From the IMG/VR virus record IMGVR_UViG_3300017785_008123, positions 1 through 49,673 of that record: a DNA stretch of 49,673 nt; one strand, 5' to 3'. This DNA is from a virus (taxonomy: Duplodnaviria > Caudoviricetes). The position numbers and the translations under genes are program-made. This document shows, one piece after another, positions 36,449-44,410 of this stretch (its first letter is position 1; each line of letters begins with the position of its first letter). The notes beneath the pieces were generated by a model that made no database searches, was not told the DNA's origin, and saw nothing but the letters and a program-made list of their open reading frames with translations.

Positions 36449-37510
36449 TCAGATGGTCGGCACGTTGGCGTCGAGGAACGGGGCGACGACCGCCCAGATG
36501 GCCGCGTGGCCGGCGTCGTTCGGGTGGACCCGGGAGCCGGCCGAGTCGCTGCTGGCGTAGTTGCTCGACACGGTGCGGTCGAAGGCGGCGCCGAGATTGC
36601 AGTAGCTCACCTTGGCGTCCGCCGCGGCCGTGACCGCCGCCGTGGCCTGGGCGCGGAGGGCGGCTGCGGCGGTCTCGGTCGTGTTGTTCTCGGCCGGGGT
36701 CGGGCCGAACACGATCAGCTCAGCCTTGGGGTGGATCGCCTTCTTCCAGGCGATCACGGCGTCGACGTTCGCGCGGTAGGTGCTCGCCGAGACGGCCTGG
36801 GAGGCGTCGTTGATGCCGGGGCTGTAGCAGATGAGGTCGGCCGGGATGCCGTCGTAGACGCCGAGGGCGCGGCGGGACTCGAGCACCACGCTGGTCTGCC
36901 CGGACAGGCTCATGTTGACCATGCGGACCCGGATGCCCTTGTCCCGGTAGTACTTCCGCACCCGCCAGTCGTACTGGTTGGACTTCACCGTGGGGCCGGT
37001 GCCGCCCGCGGTGATGGAGTCACCGATCCACAGCATCGTCTTCGGGGCGGCGTAGTCCAGGTCGTCGGTGAGGGACCAGCCCTGCGCGTACATGGCAAAG
37101 TTGACGCCGGTCTTGTCCGCGTCGTAGACGTTGCGGATCGACGCCTGAGGCGCGCCGCCGATCCCCGCCGTCTGCGAGGCGGAGGGGCGCACGATCGTCC
37201 GCACCGGGATGACCAGCGGAGTCGACGGGGACATCACCACCTGCATCAGTTCCTGGCGGCCGGCGTCGAAGCCGCTGGTGTACCAGGCGAGCTGCACCCG
37301 GGCGTTCTTGTTGCAGGACAGCGCAATGCTGTCGATCGCCCAGGCGCGGGTGATGCCGGGCATGGTGGCCGGTGCGGAGACCGAGCCGTCGGTGGTCCAC
37401 GTCGCGTTCTCCACCAGGGCGCCGCCGTTCCACGGCCACCCCTCGACATTGCAACGCTCCTGGAAGTCGCGGAGTTGGGCGAGGTCGACATCCTGAGCCA
37501 TGCGGGCCAT
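36449..37510 (-). CDS. SGNH/GDSL hydrolase domain protein
   Basis: WIGDSIT, SLSGQTS, PGIND, VHPNDAGH. Confidence 0.88.
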   Translation of the reverse strand: MARMAQDVDLAQLRDFQERCNVEGWPWNGGALVENATWTTDGSVSAPATMPGITRAWAIDSIALSCNKNARVQLAWYTSGFDAGRQELMQVVMSPSTPLVIPVRTIVRPSASQTAGIGGAPQASIRNVYDADKTGVNFAMYAQGWSLTDDLDYAAPKTMLWIGDSITAGGTGPTVKSNQYDWRVRKYYRDKGIRVRMVNMSLSGQTSVVLESRRALGVYDGIPADLICYSPGINDASQAVSASTYRANVDAVIAWKKAIHPKAELIVFGPTPAENNTTETAAAALRAQATAAVTAAADAKVSYCNLGAAFDRTVSSNYASSDSAGSRVHPNDAGHAAIWAVVAPFLDANVPTI

Positions 37511-37905
37511 CAGGCCACCTCCACCAGTTCGATGTTCAGGGGGTCACCGTCGGAGTTGAAGACGATGCGTCCAGCCATGCCGGGGATGGCCTCCCCGCCC
37601 TCGTCGACGGCTGCGACAAAGGCCGCCCTTAGTTCCGACGACGCGACGATCTCATCCATCGTCGGGTACTGCGGATATGGATCCGGATTGGGCGGACCCG
37701 GCACCGCCGGCAGAGACGGCTTGGGGGTGGCTGCGTCCACGGTGCCGACCTCGACCGCACCGTAGGGCTTCAGCCGGTACCGCGCCCGGCCGACCGCTTC
37801 GAGATCGTTCGCGTCCACGTCGAAGATGCCGGCGACGAACTGGCCCACACCCGAGACGTAGAGAGAGCGAGCAGTCGGCAGAGCGAAACGGACGACATTC
37901 GGCAT
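37510..37905 (-). CDS. Stand-alone paralog of the N-terminal domain of 41373-42830
   Basis: MPNVVRFALPTAR...ASSELRAA shared over about 95 aa; TGATG-coupled to the SGNH gene. Confidence 0.8.
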   Translation of the reverse strand: MPNVVRFALPTARSLYVSGVGQFVAGIFDVDANDLEAVGRARYRLKPYGAVEVGTVDAATPKPSLPAVPGPPNPDPYPQYPTMDEIVASSELRAAFVAAVDEGGEAIPGMAGRIVFNSDGDPLNIELVEVA

Positions 37906-37913
37906 GCGCTACA

Positions 37914-39674
37914 TCATGCCCTATCGAGGAGTTCTTCGAGCTGCTCCAGCCGGTCCTGGTGCCAGCCCGAGAGGCGGGGACGCGCCTTCAGCTCGGCGAT
38001 CTGGCGTTCGAGCTGCACCTTGCGCATCTCGGCCGCACGCGGGGAGAGCTGGCGCCGTGCCTGCGCCGGACCCTTCATGTCGACGCCCTCGGGCACGAGG
38101 ATCGGTCCCAGCTCGCCGTTGGTCTTGATCGTGAACCGGGTACCGGCCAGCGCGCGCGACTCCGTCGTCCCGCCAGCCGCCGCATAGATGGTGGCGAGGT
38201 CGTCGGCGTTGAGCCGACTGCCGGGGTCACGTGCGCCGATGATCGAGATCGTCGTGCACTTGCAGTTGGAGACCACTATGCTGGAGGCGTCGTACCAGCC
38301 CTCCCCCGTTTCGAGGTTGTAGACATGCCCGCTCCACGCGACGACGTCGACTTCGACAAGATCATCGAACTCCACCTGGCCGGCGAGCCGATCCAGAAGC
38401 TCGCGGCCGACTTCGGCGTATCCCGCCCCACCATCGCCCGCCGTCTCTGGAGCGCTGAAATTCCGGTGCGAGGTCGAAGTGAGGCTGCTCGCCTGCGCCA
38501 CAAAAGACTCAGCCCGGAGCAGCGCCTTGAACTCCTGAAGGGCGCTCACGAAGCCGCGCGGGGACGTGTCAAGACCCATGAAGAACAGATCAAGCGCGCT
38601 CACAGCCGAGAGACCAACCCGCCCCCCATGAGCACCCACGAGGCTCAGTTCGCGATGTGGCTGAACGAACGAAACGTCTCCTACCGGCGCGAGGTGGCCA
38701 TCGACAAGTACAACGTCGACTTCGCTTTCCCCGGCCACGTCGCCGTGGAAATCCTCGGCGGCGAGTGGCACGGAACGAGAAAGAAGGCCCTGCTCCACAG
38801 TGAGCGAACGCCAAACATCCTCAACGCGGGCTGGACGCTGCTGTTCATCTGGGCTACGCCGACCTATCCGCTGGAGCCCGTTGTGGCGGAGCACGCGGTC
38901 GCCCTGTCGCAAGCCGTCAGCGCGAACCCAGCCCTGCTCGGTGAGTACCGGGTGGTTCGGGGTGACGCGAAGCTCCTGGCCCGAGCCCGTGCAAAGGATT
39001 ACCACCGGACCGGCATACCGACGGCGCGTAAGCGCCCGGACGTCACTCGCAACGACTTCCGTCCCCTCTAGGACGCAGCCCGGATGCAGCGGCAGCATCT
39101 CGCGCTTGCTGTAGACCCGGTCCGACGCCGCGATGCACAGACCGCAGACCGCGCCCAGCTCGGGGTGGATGACCCGCCGATACCCGCGCACCTGCTCATC
39201 GGCGGCGTAGTGCACCTGCTGGGAGGCGACAACCCGCGCGAGCTGCAGATCGGTGCGGACGATCTTCTCCAGGCGCTCGGTCGCCGACCGCACGGCCTCG
39301 GCCAGCGGGACCTCGGTCGAGACGAGGTAGCGCACCTCGCGCACCGGCCGCTGGTACACGTCGGCGGTCTCGGCGCCGCGCCGAAGGTCCGGGGGCAGGT
39401 CGATGATCGGTGTCGCCGGCAGCCGGTAGTTCATCCGGGCCATCTGCTGTCGCAGGTGCGCCTCGGTGATGGTGGCCGCCGACCGCTGGGCAGCAGCGAC
39501 GAGCTGCGCGACCCGCTGACCGAAGGCAGCGACGGCGTCCCCGACGTAGAACGCGGTGAAGCCCGACCACAGCAGCATGATCGCCGTGACGAGGTTGTCG
39601 GCGACCCGGTCCTGCGCCGCCGCCTCGTTTTCGACAAGGAGGCTGACGGCAGGGTCGGCGGTGGGCTCGGTCAC
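37914..39674 (-). CDS. MuF-like head morphogenesis protein with intein
   Basis: GYRRVIHPE...CGLCIAASDRVY...LPLHPG/CKC, GELGP; between portal and scaffold. Confidence 0.88.
   Translation of the reverse strand: MTEPTADPAVSLLVENEAAAQDRVADNLVTAIMLLWSGFTAFYVGDAVAAFGQRVAQLVAAAQRSAATITEAHLRQQMARMNYRLPATPIIDLPPDLRRGAETADVYQRPVREVRYLVSTEVPLAEAVRSATERLEKIVRTDLQLARVVASQQVHYAADEQVRGYRRVIHPELGAVCGLCIAASDRVYSKREMLPLHPGCVLEGTEVVASDVRALTRRRYAGPVVILCTGSGQELRVTPNHPVLTEQGWVRADGLRQGDRVLRHNGLQRIGRRSPDEQQRPARVEDVWRSLTVEQGLLSRSVPLAAEDFHGDVAGESEVDVVLVDGHLAPVGDVSFVQPHRELSLVGAHGGRVGLSAVSALDLFFMGLDTSPRGFVSALQEFKALLRAESFVAQASSLTSTSHRNFSAPETAGDGGAGYAEVGRELLDRLAGQVEFDDLVEVDVVAWSGHVYNLETGEGWYDASSIVVSNCKCTTISIIGARDPGSRLNADDLATIYAAAGGTTESRALAGTRFTIKTNGELGPILVPEGVDMKGPAQARRQLSPRAAEMRKVQLERQIAELKARPRLSGWHQDRLEQLEELLDRA
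38265..39077 (-). mobile_element. Class 1 intein (271 aa) in the MuF HPxCxC motif, lacking an in-frame endonuclease
   Basis: CVLEGTEV, VTPNHPVLTEQGW, HVYNLET, IVVSN then Cys. Confidence 0.9.
38325..39071 (+). CDS. HTH plus DUF559/Vsr-like endonuclease, antisense inside the intein
   Basis: IQKLAADFGVSRPTIARRL; STHE...REVAIDKYNVDFAF...VAVEILGGEWH...LNAGWTLLFIW; GAGG 8 nt before ATG. Confidence 0.85.
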   Translation: MPAPRDDVDFDKIIELHLAGEPIQKLAADFGVSRPTIARRLWSAEIPVRGRSEAARLRHKRLSPEQRLELLKGAHEAARGRVKTHEEQIKRAHSRETNPPPMSTHEAQFAMWLNERNVSYRREVAIDKYNVDFAFPGHVAVEILGGEWHGTRKKALLHSERTPNILNAGWTLLFIWATPTYPLEPVVAEHAVALSQAVSANPALLGEYRVVRGDAKLLARARAKDYHRTGIPTARKRPDVTRNDFRPL

Positions 39675-39692
39675 GGGCTGAGGATACCGGCC

Positions 39693-39710
39693 GCGTCAAA
39701 GCGGCCCCTC
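39693..39710 (-). repeat. Cassette-boundary motif copy 2 (GAGGGGCCGCTTTGACGC)
   Basis: Just upstream of TATCCT-N6-GTG leaderless start of MuF. Confidence 0.75.
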
Positions 39711-39731
39711 AGTGCTTGTGGATAACCCGCG

Positions 39732-39902
39732 CTACTTCCGGCGGACGTACCGCTCCAGGGCGCGCCGGATCACGGTCGACACGTCCTCACCGCGCTCCTC
39801 AGCCTTCGCCGCTGCCGCGTCCCACAGGGCGTCCGGGACGCGGATCGTCCGGCGGGGAGTTCCGGGGGTGTTCGGCACGCGCGCCAGGATGTCAGGTGTC
39901 AT
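39732..39902 (-). CDS. Ribbon-helix-helix DNA-binding protein
   Basis: Read manually: PNTPGTPRRTIRVPDALWDAAAAKAEERGEDVSTVIRRALERYV; alternative GTG start at 39878. Confidence 0.8.
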   Translation of the reverse strand: MTPDILARVPNTPGTPRRTIRVPDALWDAAAAKAEERGEDVSTVIRRALERYVRRK

Positions 39903-40183
39903 GACGTCCACCTCGCCATGAGGGTGAGCACGCGATCGGCAGCGGCGCCGTACACGATCCGCAGTCGCTTCGCTTCACGGTCTCCGTCCCACTCCGAGAG
40001 CGGCAATCTGGAGAGTGCAGCGATGATTTCGTCCCGGTCGATCCTCGCTGCCACCTCGGCCACTGCGGCATCCCACCCCGCCCCGAAGGCGTCGACTTCG
40101 GGCATCGTCGTGTCGTCCTGGCACCACGCGGTTGCAGCTGCATGACGCGCAGCGGCGAGCCAGCCGGTGAGGCCGGCGTTCAT
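39899..40183 (-). CDS. Hypothetical protein
   Basis: ATGA-coupled at both ends. Confidence 0.6.
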   Translation of the reverse strand: MNAGLTGWLAAARHAAATAWCQDDTTMPEVDAFGAGWDAAVAEVAARIDRDEIIAALSRLPLSEWDGDREAKRLRIVYGAAADRVLTLMARWTS

Positions 40184-40890
40184 GACGCAGGCCAGTGGAC
40201 GCCGCTGTCCTCGTGCTCATGTTCCCCACCGTGACCACGGCGCAGGGTGCAGGACAGCCAGTCGCCGTAGGTCTCCGCGATGTGCGAGGCGCGCGCCCGG
40301 TGCTCGTCCCCGCACGGGTTGGGCAGGAAGTCGCCCAGGCCGACTGACTGACGGCCTCGCGTCTCGGCTTCGTCCAGCGCGGCGGCGAGACTCCTCCGCA
40401 CGTAGCTCCGGTCTCGCCGCTCATCGTTGCTGGCGTCGAACGCGCCCACCGCGTCGAGCACGACGCGTTCGAACTCCGCTGCTCGCTGCTGGTTGTCGGT
40501 CACGGCCTCCGCCGTCGCCTCCCGTTCCCCGTCGGTGACACCCCCAGAGGCGGCGGGACGGTAGCCGAGGCAGCCGCAGAAGCCGGGCGTTCCCCCGGCG
40601 CAGGCGTCGCGGAACCCCCGGACCACGCCGTCGTGGCGATCGAAAGCGTGCCCGCACTTGCACGCCTCCCCCGCCGGGCGCGGGTCGTCAGCGATCTTCT
40701 CCGGTCGCGCGTCGCCTTCCCAGCGGCGGGACAGCGTGGTCGGTCGCCGCTCGTTCGAGTGCGGCCCGTCGTGCCCGGCGGGCATGTGGCACACCATCGG
40801 CGGCGACGGCGGGCTCATGCTCGGCGGCAGCGGAGTCGTGGGCATCCACGCCTTGCAGGCGTCCGGCTGCGGGTAGACGGCGAAGCTCAT
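40180..40890 (-). CDS. Hypothetical multi-zinc-module protein
   Basis: CHMPAGHDGPH, CKCGH...C...CGC, CTLRRGHGGEH. Confidence 0.65.
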   Translation of the reverse strand: MSFAVYPQPDACKAWMPTTPLPPSMSPPSPPMVCHMPAGHDGPHSNERRPTTLSRRWEGDARPEKIADDPRPAGEACKCGHAFDRHDGVVRGFRDACAGGTPGFCGCLGYRPAASGGVTDGEREATAEAVTDNQQRAAEFERVVLDAVGAFDASNDERRDRSYVRRSLAAALDEAETRGRQSVGLGDFLPNPCGDEHRARASHIAETYGDWLSCTLRRGHGGEHEHEDSGVHWPAS

Positions 40891-41273
40891 CGCGGGACCT
40901 CCACGCCACGTGCTCGAAGTTCCCGCCGCAGTTCGTGCCCGAGGTTGTAGGCGCGCTGGGCGGGCTTGTGGACGAACTTGTCCCACGGGTTCTGTGTCGG
41001 GTCGTCGGGATAGGGCTTCCGCAGCGTGGGGGCGACGACGATGCACGCCTTGCTGATGGCGACCAGTGCGGCGGCGATCTCTGCGAGGCGTTCGTCGGTC
41101 ACCGGCTCGTCCGGTACAGCGCGCGAGACGTAAGTGCTGCGCTCGGCGAACTCGGTGCAGTTGCGGCAGTGAATACAGCCAACCGGATAACCGGTGCCAT
41201 GGTCGGTCTCATCGTGCCCACACGCGCACACTTCATCAGGCGCTGACCTGGACCGTTCCTCGGTGGGTGTCAT
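40887..41273 (-). CDS. Hypothetical zinc-finger protein, probably leaderless
   Basis: CACGHDETDH...CIHCRNCTEF; TAGGAT 7 nt before ATG. Confidence 0.65.
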   Translation of the reverse strand: MTPTEERSRSAPDEVCACGHDETDHGTGYPVGCIHCRNCTEFAERSTYVSRAVPDEPVTDERLAEIAAALVAISKACIVVAPTLRKPYPDDPTQNPWDKFVHKPAQRAYNLGHELRRELRARGVEVPR

Positions 41274-41329
41274 GCCACCCATCCTACCCCCGGTGTCATG
41301 ACATCTCGCGCGCTTGGTGTCATGACACC
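41266..41329. promoter_or_regulatory. Three palindromic operator boxes GGTGTCATGACACC around the promoter
   Basis: Perfect at 41316-41329; variants at 41292 and 41266; fourth partial copy at 39895-39905. Confidence 0.75.
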
Positions 41330-41342
41330 TCGGAAGGCGACT

Positions 41343-41367
41343 GCGACAAAGCGGCCCCTCTGGGGCA
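41343..41367 (-). repeat. Cassette-boundary motif copy 3 (GAGGGGCCGCTTTGTCGC)
   Basis: 5 nt after the stop of the SGNH gene. Confidence 0.75.
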
Positions 41368-41372
41368 GCGGG

Positions 41373-42830
41373 TCAGAACTGGTTGGTCAGGTTGAGCTTG
41401 CGGAGGTTCCACGCCTGGCACGCGCCGAGGTATCCGGAGCGGATGGTCCCTGGCTCGGTGTAGACGCTGAACCGGAGTCGCAGGTTGGAGGTGGTGGCGG
41501 CCAGGGTGGCGACCTGCAAGAGGAGGCCGGGGCGCTGGACCCCCATGGACTCCGCGATGCTCACCAGATCGGTGGACCCGTCGGCCAGAGTCAGCTTCGG
41601 ACCGGCACCGTTGGCGTCGGAGGACTTGACGACCGCCGCGACGAGGATCTTGTCGCCCGCCTCGTGTGTACCCGCCAGAGTGGTGTTCTGCACGGCACCA
41701 GTGCTACCGGTGGCGGCCATGGCATCCATCGTGAACCGGTACCAGACGCCCCCCGGCAGGATGTCGCTGCCGTCGGGGGCCTCTGTGCCGACCGACCGGA
41801 CGCCTCCGTTCGCAGGGGACGACGCGGCAGACCACCCCGTTGGGCCGGTGGACGGTCCACCCCCGGCCATGAGCGGGTTCGTGACCAGGCCGGGATCCCC
41901 GGGCACGATCACCGGGAACAGGCTGGTCGCCGGGAGCACCTTGCGGACCACCGGGGCCACCGCCTGCGCGATGGCGAGGTGGCCCGCAGAGTTCGGGTGC
42001 GTGGTGTCACTGCCCACGTAGGCAGCGGCCAGCGCGCCGGTCGCGGGGTCCACGAGAGCGGCGTGGGTGTCGGCGAGAGGGATTCCGCGCTGGTTGGCGA
42101 TGGAGCGCAGAGCGAGGTTGTAGACGTTGATCCGCTGGTTCTCCCCGGCCGGGGCCGCTGCCGAGCGAGGTGTGACGGTGCAGAGGACCAGTGGTCGGCG
42201 GGATGCCTGGATTTTGTCGATGATTGCGGTGATGTCGGCGATGTAGGTGGCGGTGTCCGCCGAGGCGTTCTGGCCGATCATCACGACGTGGATGTCCGGG
42301 TCCTGGGCGATGATGCCGTCCAGCCGGGCGAGGAGAAGGGCGGCGGTGTCGCTTCCGACTCCGGCATTGATGCGTGCGTAGGTACCCGTGGTCGGCACGT
42401 TGGCGGTGCCCAGGATCTTCGACGTGTACGCGACCCACGAGTTCACGGAGGCGTTCGTGGATCCGGTGCCGACAGTGATGGAGTCCCCGTCGAAGGCGAG
42501 ACGCCTTCCGCTCATGAAGGACGTCGGAGCGATCCGTGCCCCAGAGGCCGCCCTTAGTTCCGACGACGCGACGATCTCATCCATCGTCGGGTACTGCGGG
42601 TACGGATCCGGGTTGGGCGGACCCGGTACCGCCGGCAGTGACGGCTTCGGGGTGGTCGAGTCGACGGTCCCCAGCTCGACAGCGCCGTAGGGCTGCACCA
42701 GAAAGCGGGTCTTGGCGACCAGCTTCAGGTTGTTGGCGTCCACGTCGAGGATGCCGGCGACGAATGAACCCACTCCGGAGACGTACAGGGTGCGGGCAGT
42801 CGGCAGGGTGAAGCGAACCACGTTGGGCAT
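41373..42830 (-). CDS. Shared N-terminal domain plus SGNH hydrolase plus beta-rich C-terminal domain
   Basis: FDGDSIT, NAGVGSD, MIGQN, DTTHPNSAGH. Confidence 0.88.
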   Translation of the reverse strand: MPNVVRFTLPTARTLYVSGVGSFVAGILDVDANNLKLVAKTRFLVQPYGAVELGTVDSTTPKPSLPAVPGPPNPDPYPQYPTMDEIVASSELRAASGARIAPTSFMSGRRLAFDGDSITVGTGSTNASVNSWVAYTSKILGTANVPTTGTYARINAGVGSDTAALLLARLDGIIAQDPDIHVVMIGQNASADTATYIADITAIIDKIQASRRPLVLCTVTPRSAAAPAGENQRINVYNLALRSIANQRGIPLADTHAALVDPATGALAAAYVGSDTTHPNSAGHLAIAQAVAPVVRKVLPATSLFPVIVPGDPGLVTNPLMAGGGPSTGPTGWSAASSPANGGVRSVGTEAPDGSDILPGGVWYRFTMDAMAATGSTGAVQNTTLAGTHEAGDKILVAAVVKSSDANGAGPKLTLADGSTDLVSIAESMGVQRPGLLLQVATLAATTSNLRLRFSVYTEPGTIRSGYLGACQAWNLRKLNLTNQF

Positions 42831-42836
42831 GGCGGG

Positions 42837-44393
42837 TTACCTTCCGGACGGAGGCTGCGGTGCTGGCGGAGTCGGCGCGGCGGGCTGCGCCTGCTGGCGA
42901 CCCGGGGGAAGTGCGCGCGGGGAGTCGGTGCGCTGCGAGAGAACCTGCATCGGGTCGGGCCGAGGCTGGTTGCGTCCGAGCACCATGTCCTTCGCGTCGT
43001 CGGCCTCGGCCTGCTTCATCTCACGAGGGGTCATCTTCAGCACGTAGCGACGGATGGTGTCCTGCGGGAGACCGGCAGCGTTGCCCTGGACGGCGGCGTT
43101 GAACCGCTCGGTCAGCGACAGCCGTTCGATCGGCGCCCAGATGCCTTCGATGTCGGACAGCTTCGCCCGGACCAGATCACCCATCTGCTCGAAGGCGTGC
43201 GACATGGTCATGCAGAGACCGGCATCGACGATCGTCTTACGGTCCTCGGCCCGGAAGGTGAGCGTCTGGCGCTGCAGCGACGCGCCCTCGGCGGAGCCGT
43301 TGGTGTCGTCGGGGTTGAAGTAGGAGAGCGGGATGCCCATCAGCGCCGAGGCGGTGCGGTACTCCAGGCGCTCCTCGTCGAGCAGCGGGCGAAGGTCGAT
43401 CGCCTGGGACTCCCAGAACTTCGCGCCGGGCGGCACCATCCACAGCGATCCGGGGCCGGGCTTGAACACGCCCTCGTAGTCGATCTCCTTGCCCCGCAGC
43501 TCGGGAACGGAGAAGTCCTCGGGGTAGAAGCGGGGCAGGCCCTCGATGGCGCGCTGCTTGAACGCCTGGATCTCACCGATCAGCATCCGCTGCAGGGTGA
43601 TCCGGTTGATGCGCCGCAGGTTGGACAGGTGCGGCTCGAACTCGGCGACGCCGCCCCGGTTCTGGATGTGCACGATCGGCAGCCGCTTGCTGCGGAGCAG
43701 GATCGGCTGATCGTCCCACTTCCAGGCGCTCGGGGTGAGCCGGAAACCGGTACCCCACTGGGTACCGTGCTTGGACTTCTTCACGGCCCGGTAGACGACG
43801 GCGTGGTCCGGGTTGTGCTGTGGGTCGGCCTTGACGTAGATGTAGCAGATGTCCTCGCCCGTGTCCGGGTCGTGGAGCGTCTTCATGCCGGCGCGAGGAC
43901 GCATCCGTCGCAGCGGGTCCTCGGCAGTGATGACCTGCCGGGGGTCCTCGACGGTGATGATGGCCGAGTCCGAGCTGAAGCCGTCGAACTCGTCGCTGTC
44001 CTCGGCCGGTGGGCCGATCATCGTGTAGCCCTCGCCGAGGCCGAAGACCTTGGTCAGCAGGTCGACGGTCTCGACCGGCATGTTGTTGTCGGCGTAGACC
44101 TGAGCGGCCTTCGCGTCACCGTTGTCGTCGTCGGTGGCTGCGGTGCGGAAGCCGAGCGGGGTAAGCGGGTCGCGTACCGAGGAGACGGCGAGCGCGGCGA
44201 GGTTGGTGCGGGTGTCGGCGTGGAACGACTGGTAGGTCTGCTCCCACTCGGCGGAGCCCTCGGGCAGCGGAGGGTTGTTGTCCATCCACGCTGCCAGCTC
44301 GTTGAGCCGGGGGAGCCGCTTGCGCTGACGGTCGGTCAGCGTCTTCATCCACCAGAACGGAGAGAACGGGACGTCTACGGCGTTCTCGGCCAC
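42837..44393 (-). CDS. Portal protein (SPP1 gp6-like)
   Basis: 518 aa after TerL; TNLAAL, AEFEPH, QAFKQRAIEG, SAEGA. Confidence 0.9.
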   Translation of the reverse strand: MAENAVDVPFSPFWWMKTLTDRQRKRLPRLNELAAWMDNNPPLPEGSAEWEQTYQSFHADTRTNLAALAVSSVRDPLTPLGFRTAATDDDNGDAKAAQVYADNNMPVETVDLLTKVFGLGEGYTMIGPPAEDSDEFDGFSSDSAIITVEDPRQVITAEDPLRRMRPRAGMKTLHDPDTGEDICYIYVKADPQHNPDHAVVYRAVKKSKHGTQWGTGFRLTPSAWKWDDQPILLRSKRLPIVHIQNRGGVAEFEPHLSNLRRINRITLQRMLIGEIQAFKQRAIEGLPRFYPEDFSVPELRGKEIDYEGVFKPGPGSLWMVPPGAKFWESQAIDLRPLLDEERLEYRTASALMGIPLSYFNPDDTNGSAEGASLQRQTLTFRAEDRKTIVDAGLCMTMSHAFEQMGDLVRAKLSDIEGIWAPIERLSLTERFNAAVQGNAAGLPQDTIRRYVLKMTPREMKQAEADDAKDMVLGRNQPRPDPMQVLSQRTDSPRALPPGRQQAQPAAPTPPAPQPPSGR

Positions 44394-44410
44394 GCGGTTC
44401 CCTCAGTTCC

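Noticed and set aside
37677-38324. 5' extension of the antisense nuclease ORF in the ORF track (464 aa)
   Set aside because: Arg/Pro-rich shadow sequence; the plausible protein begins at ATG 38325 with an RBS
41349-42555. Imperfect inverted repeat (cctctggggca) flanking the SGNH domain as an invertible segment
   Set aside because: Only 11 bp match, no invertase, and the second copy is coding; may be chance
37620-42599. Diversity-generating retroelement TR/VR pair
   Set aside because: No reverse transcriptase, and differences between the copies are not adenine-specific
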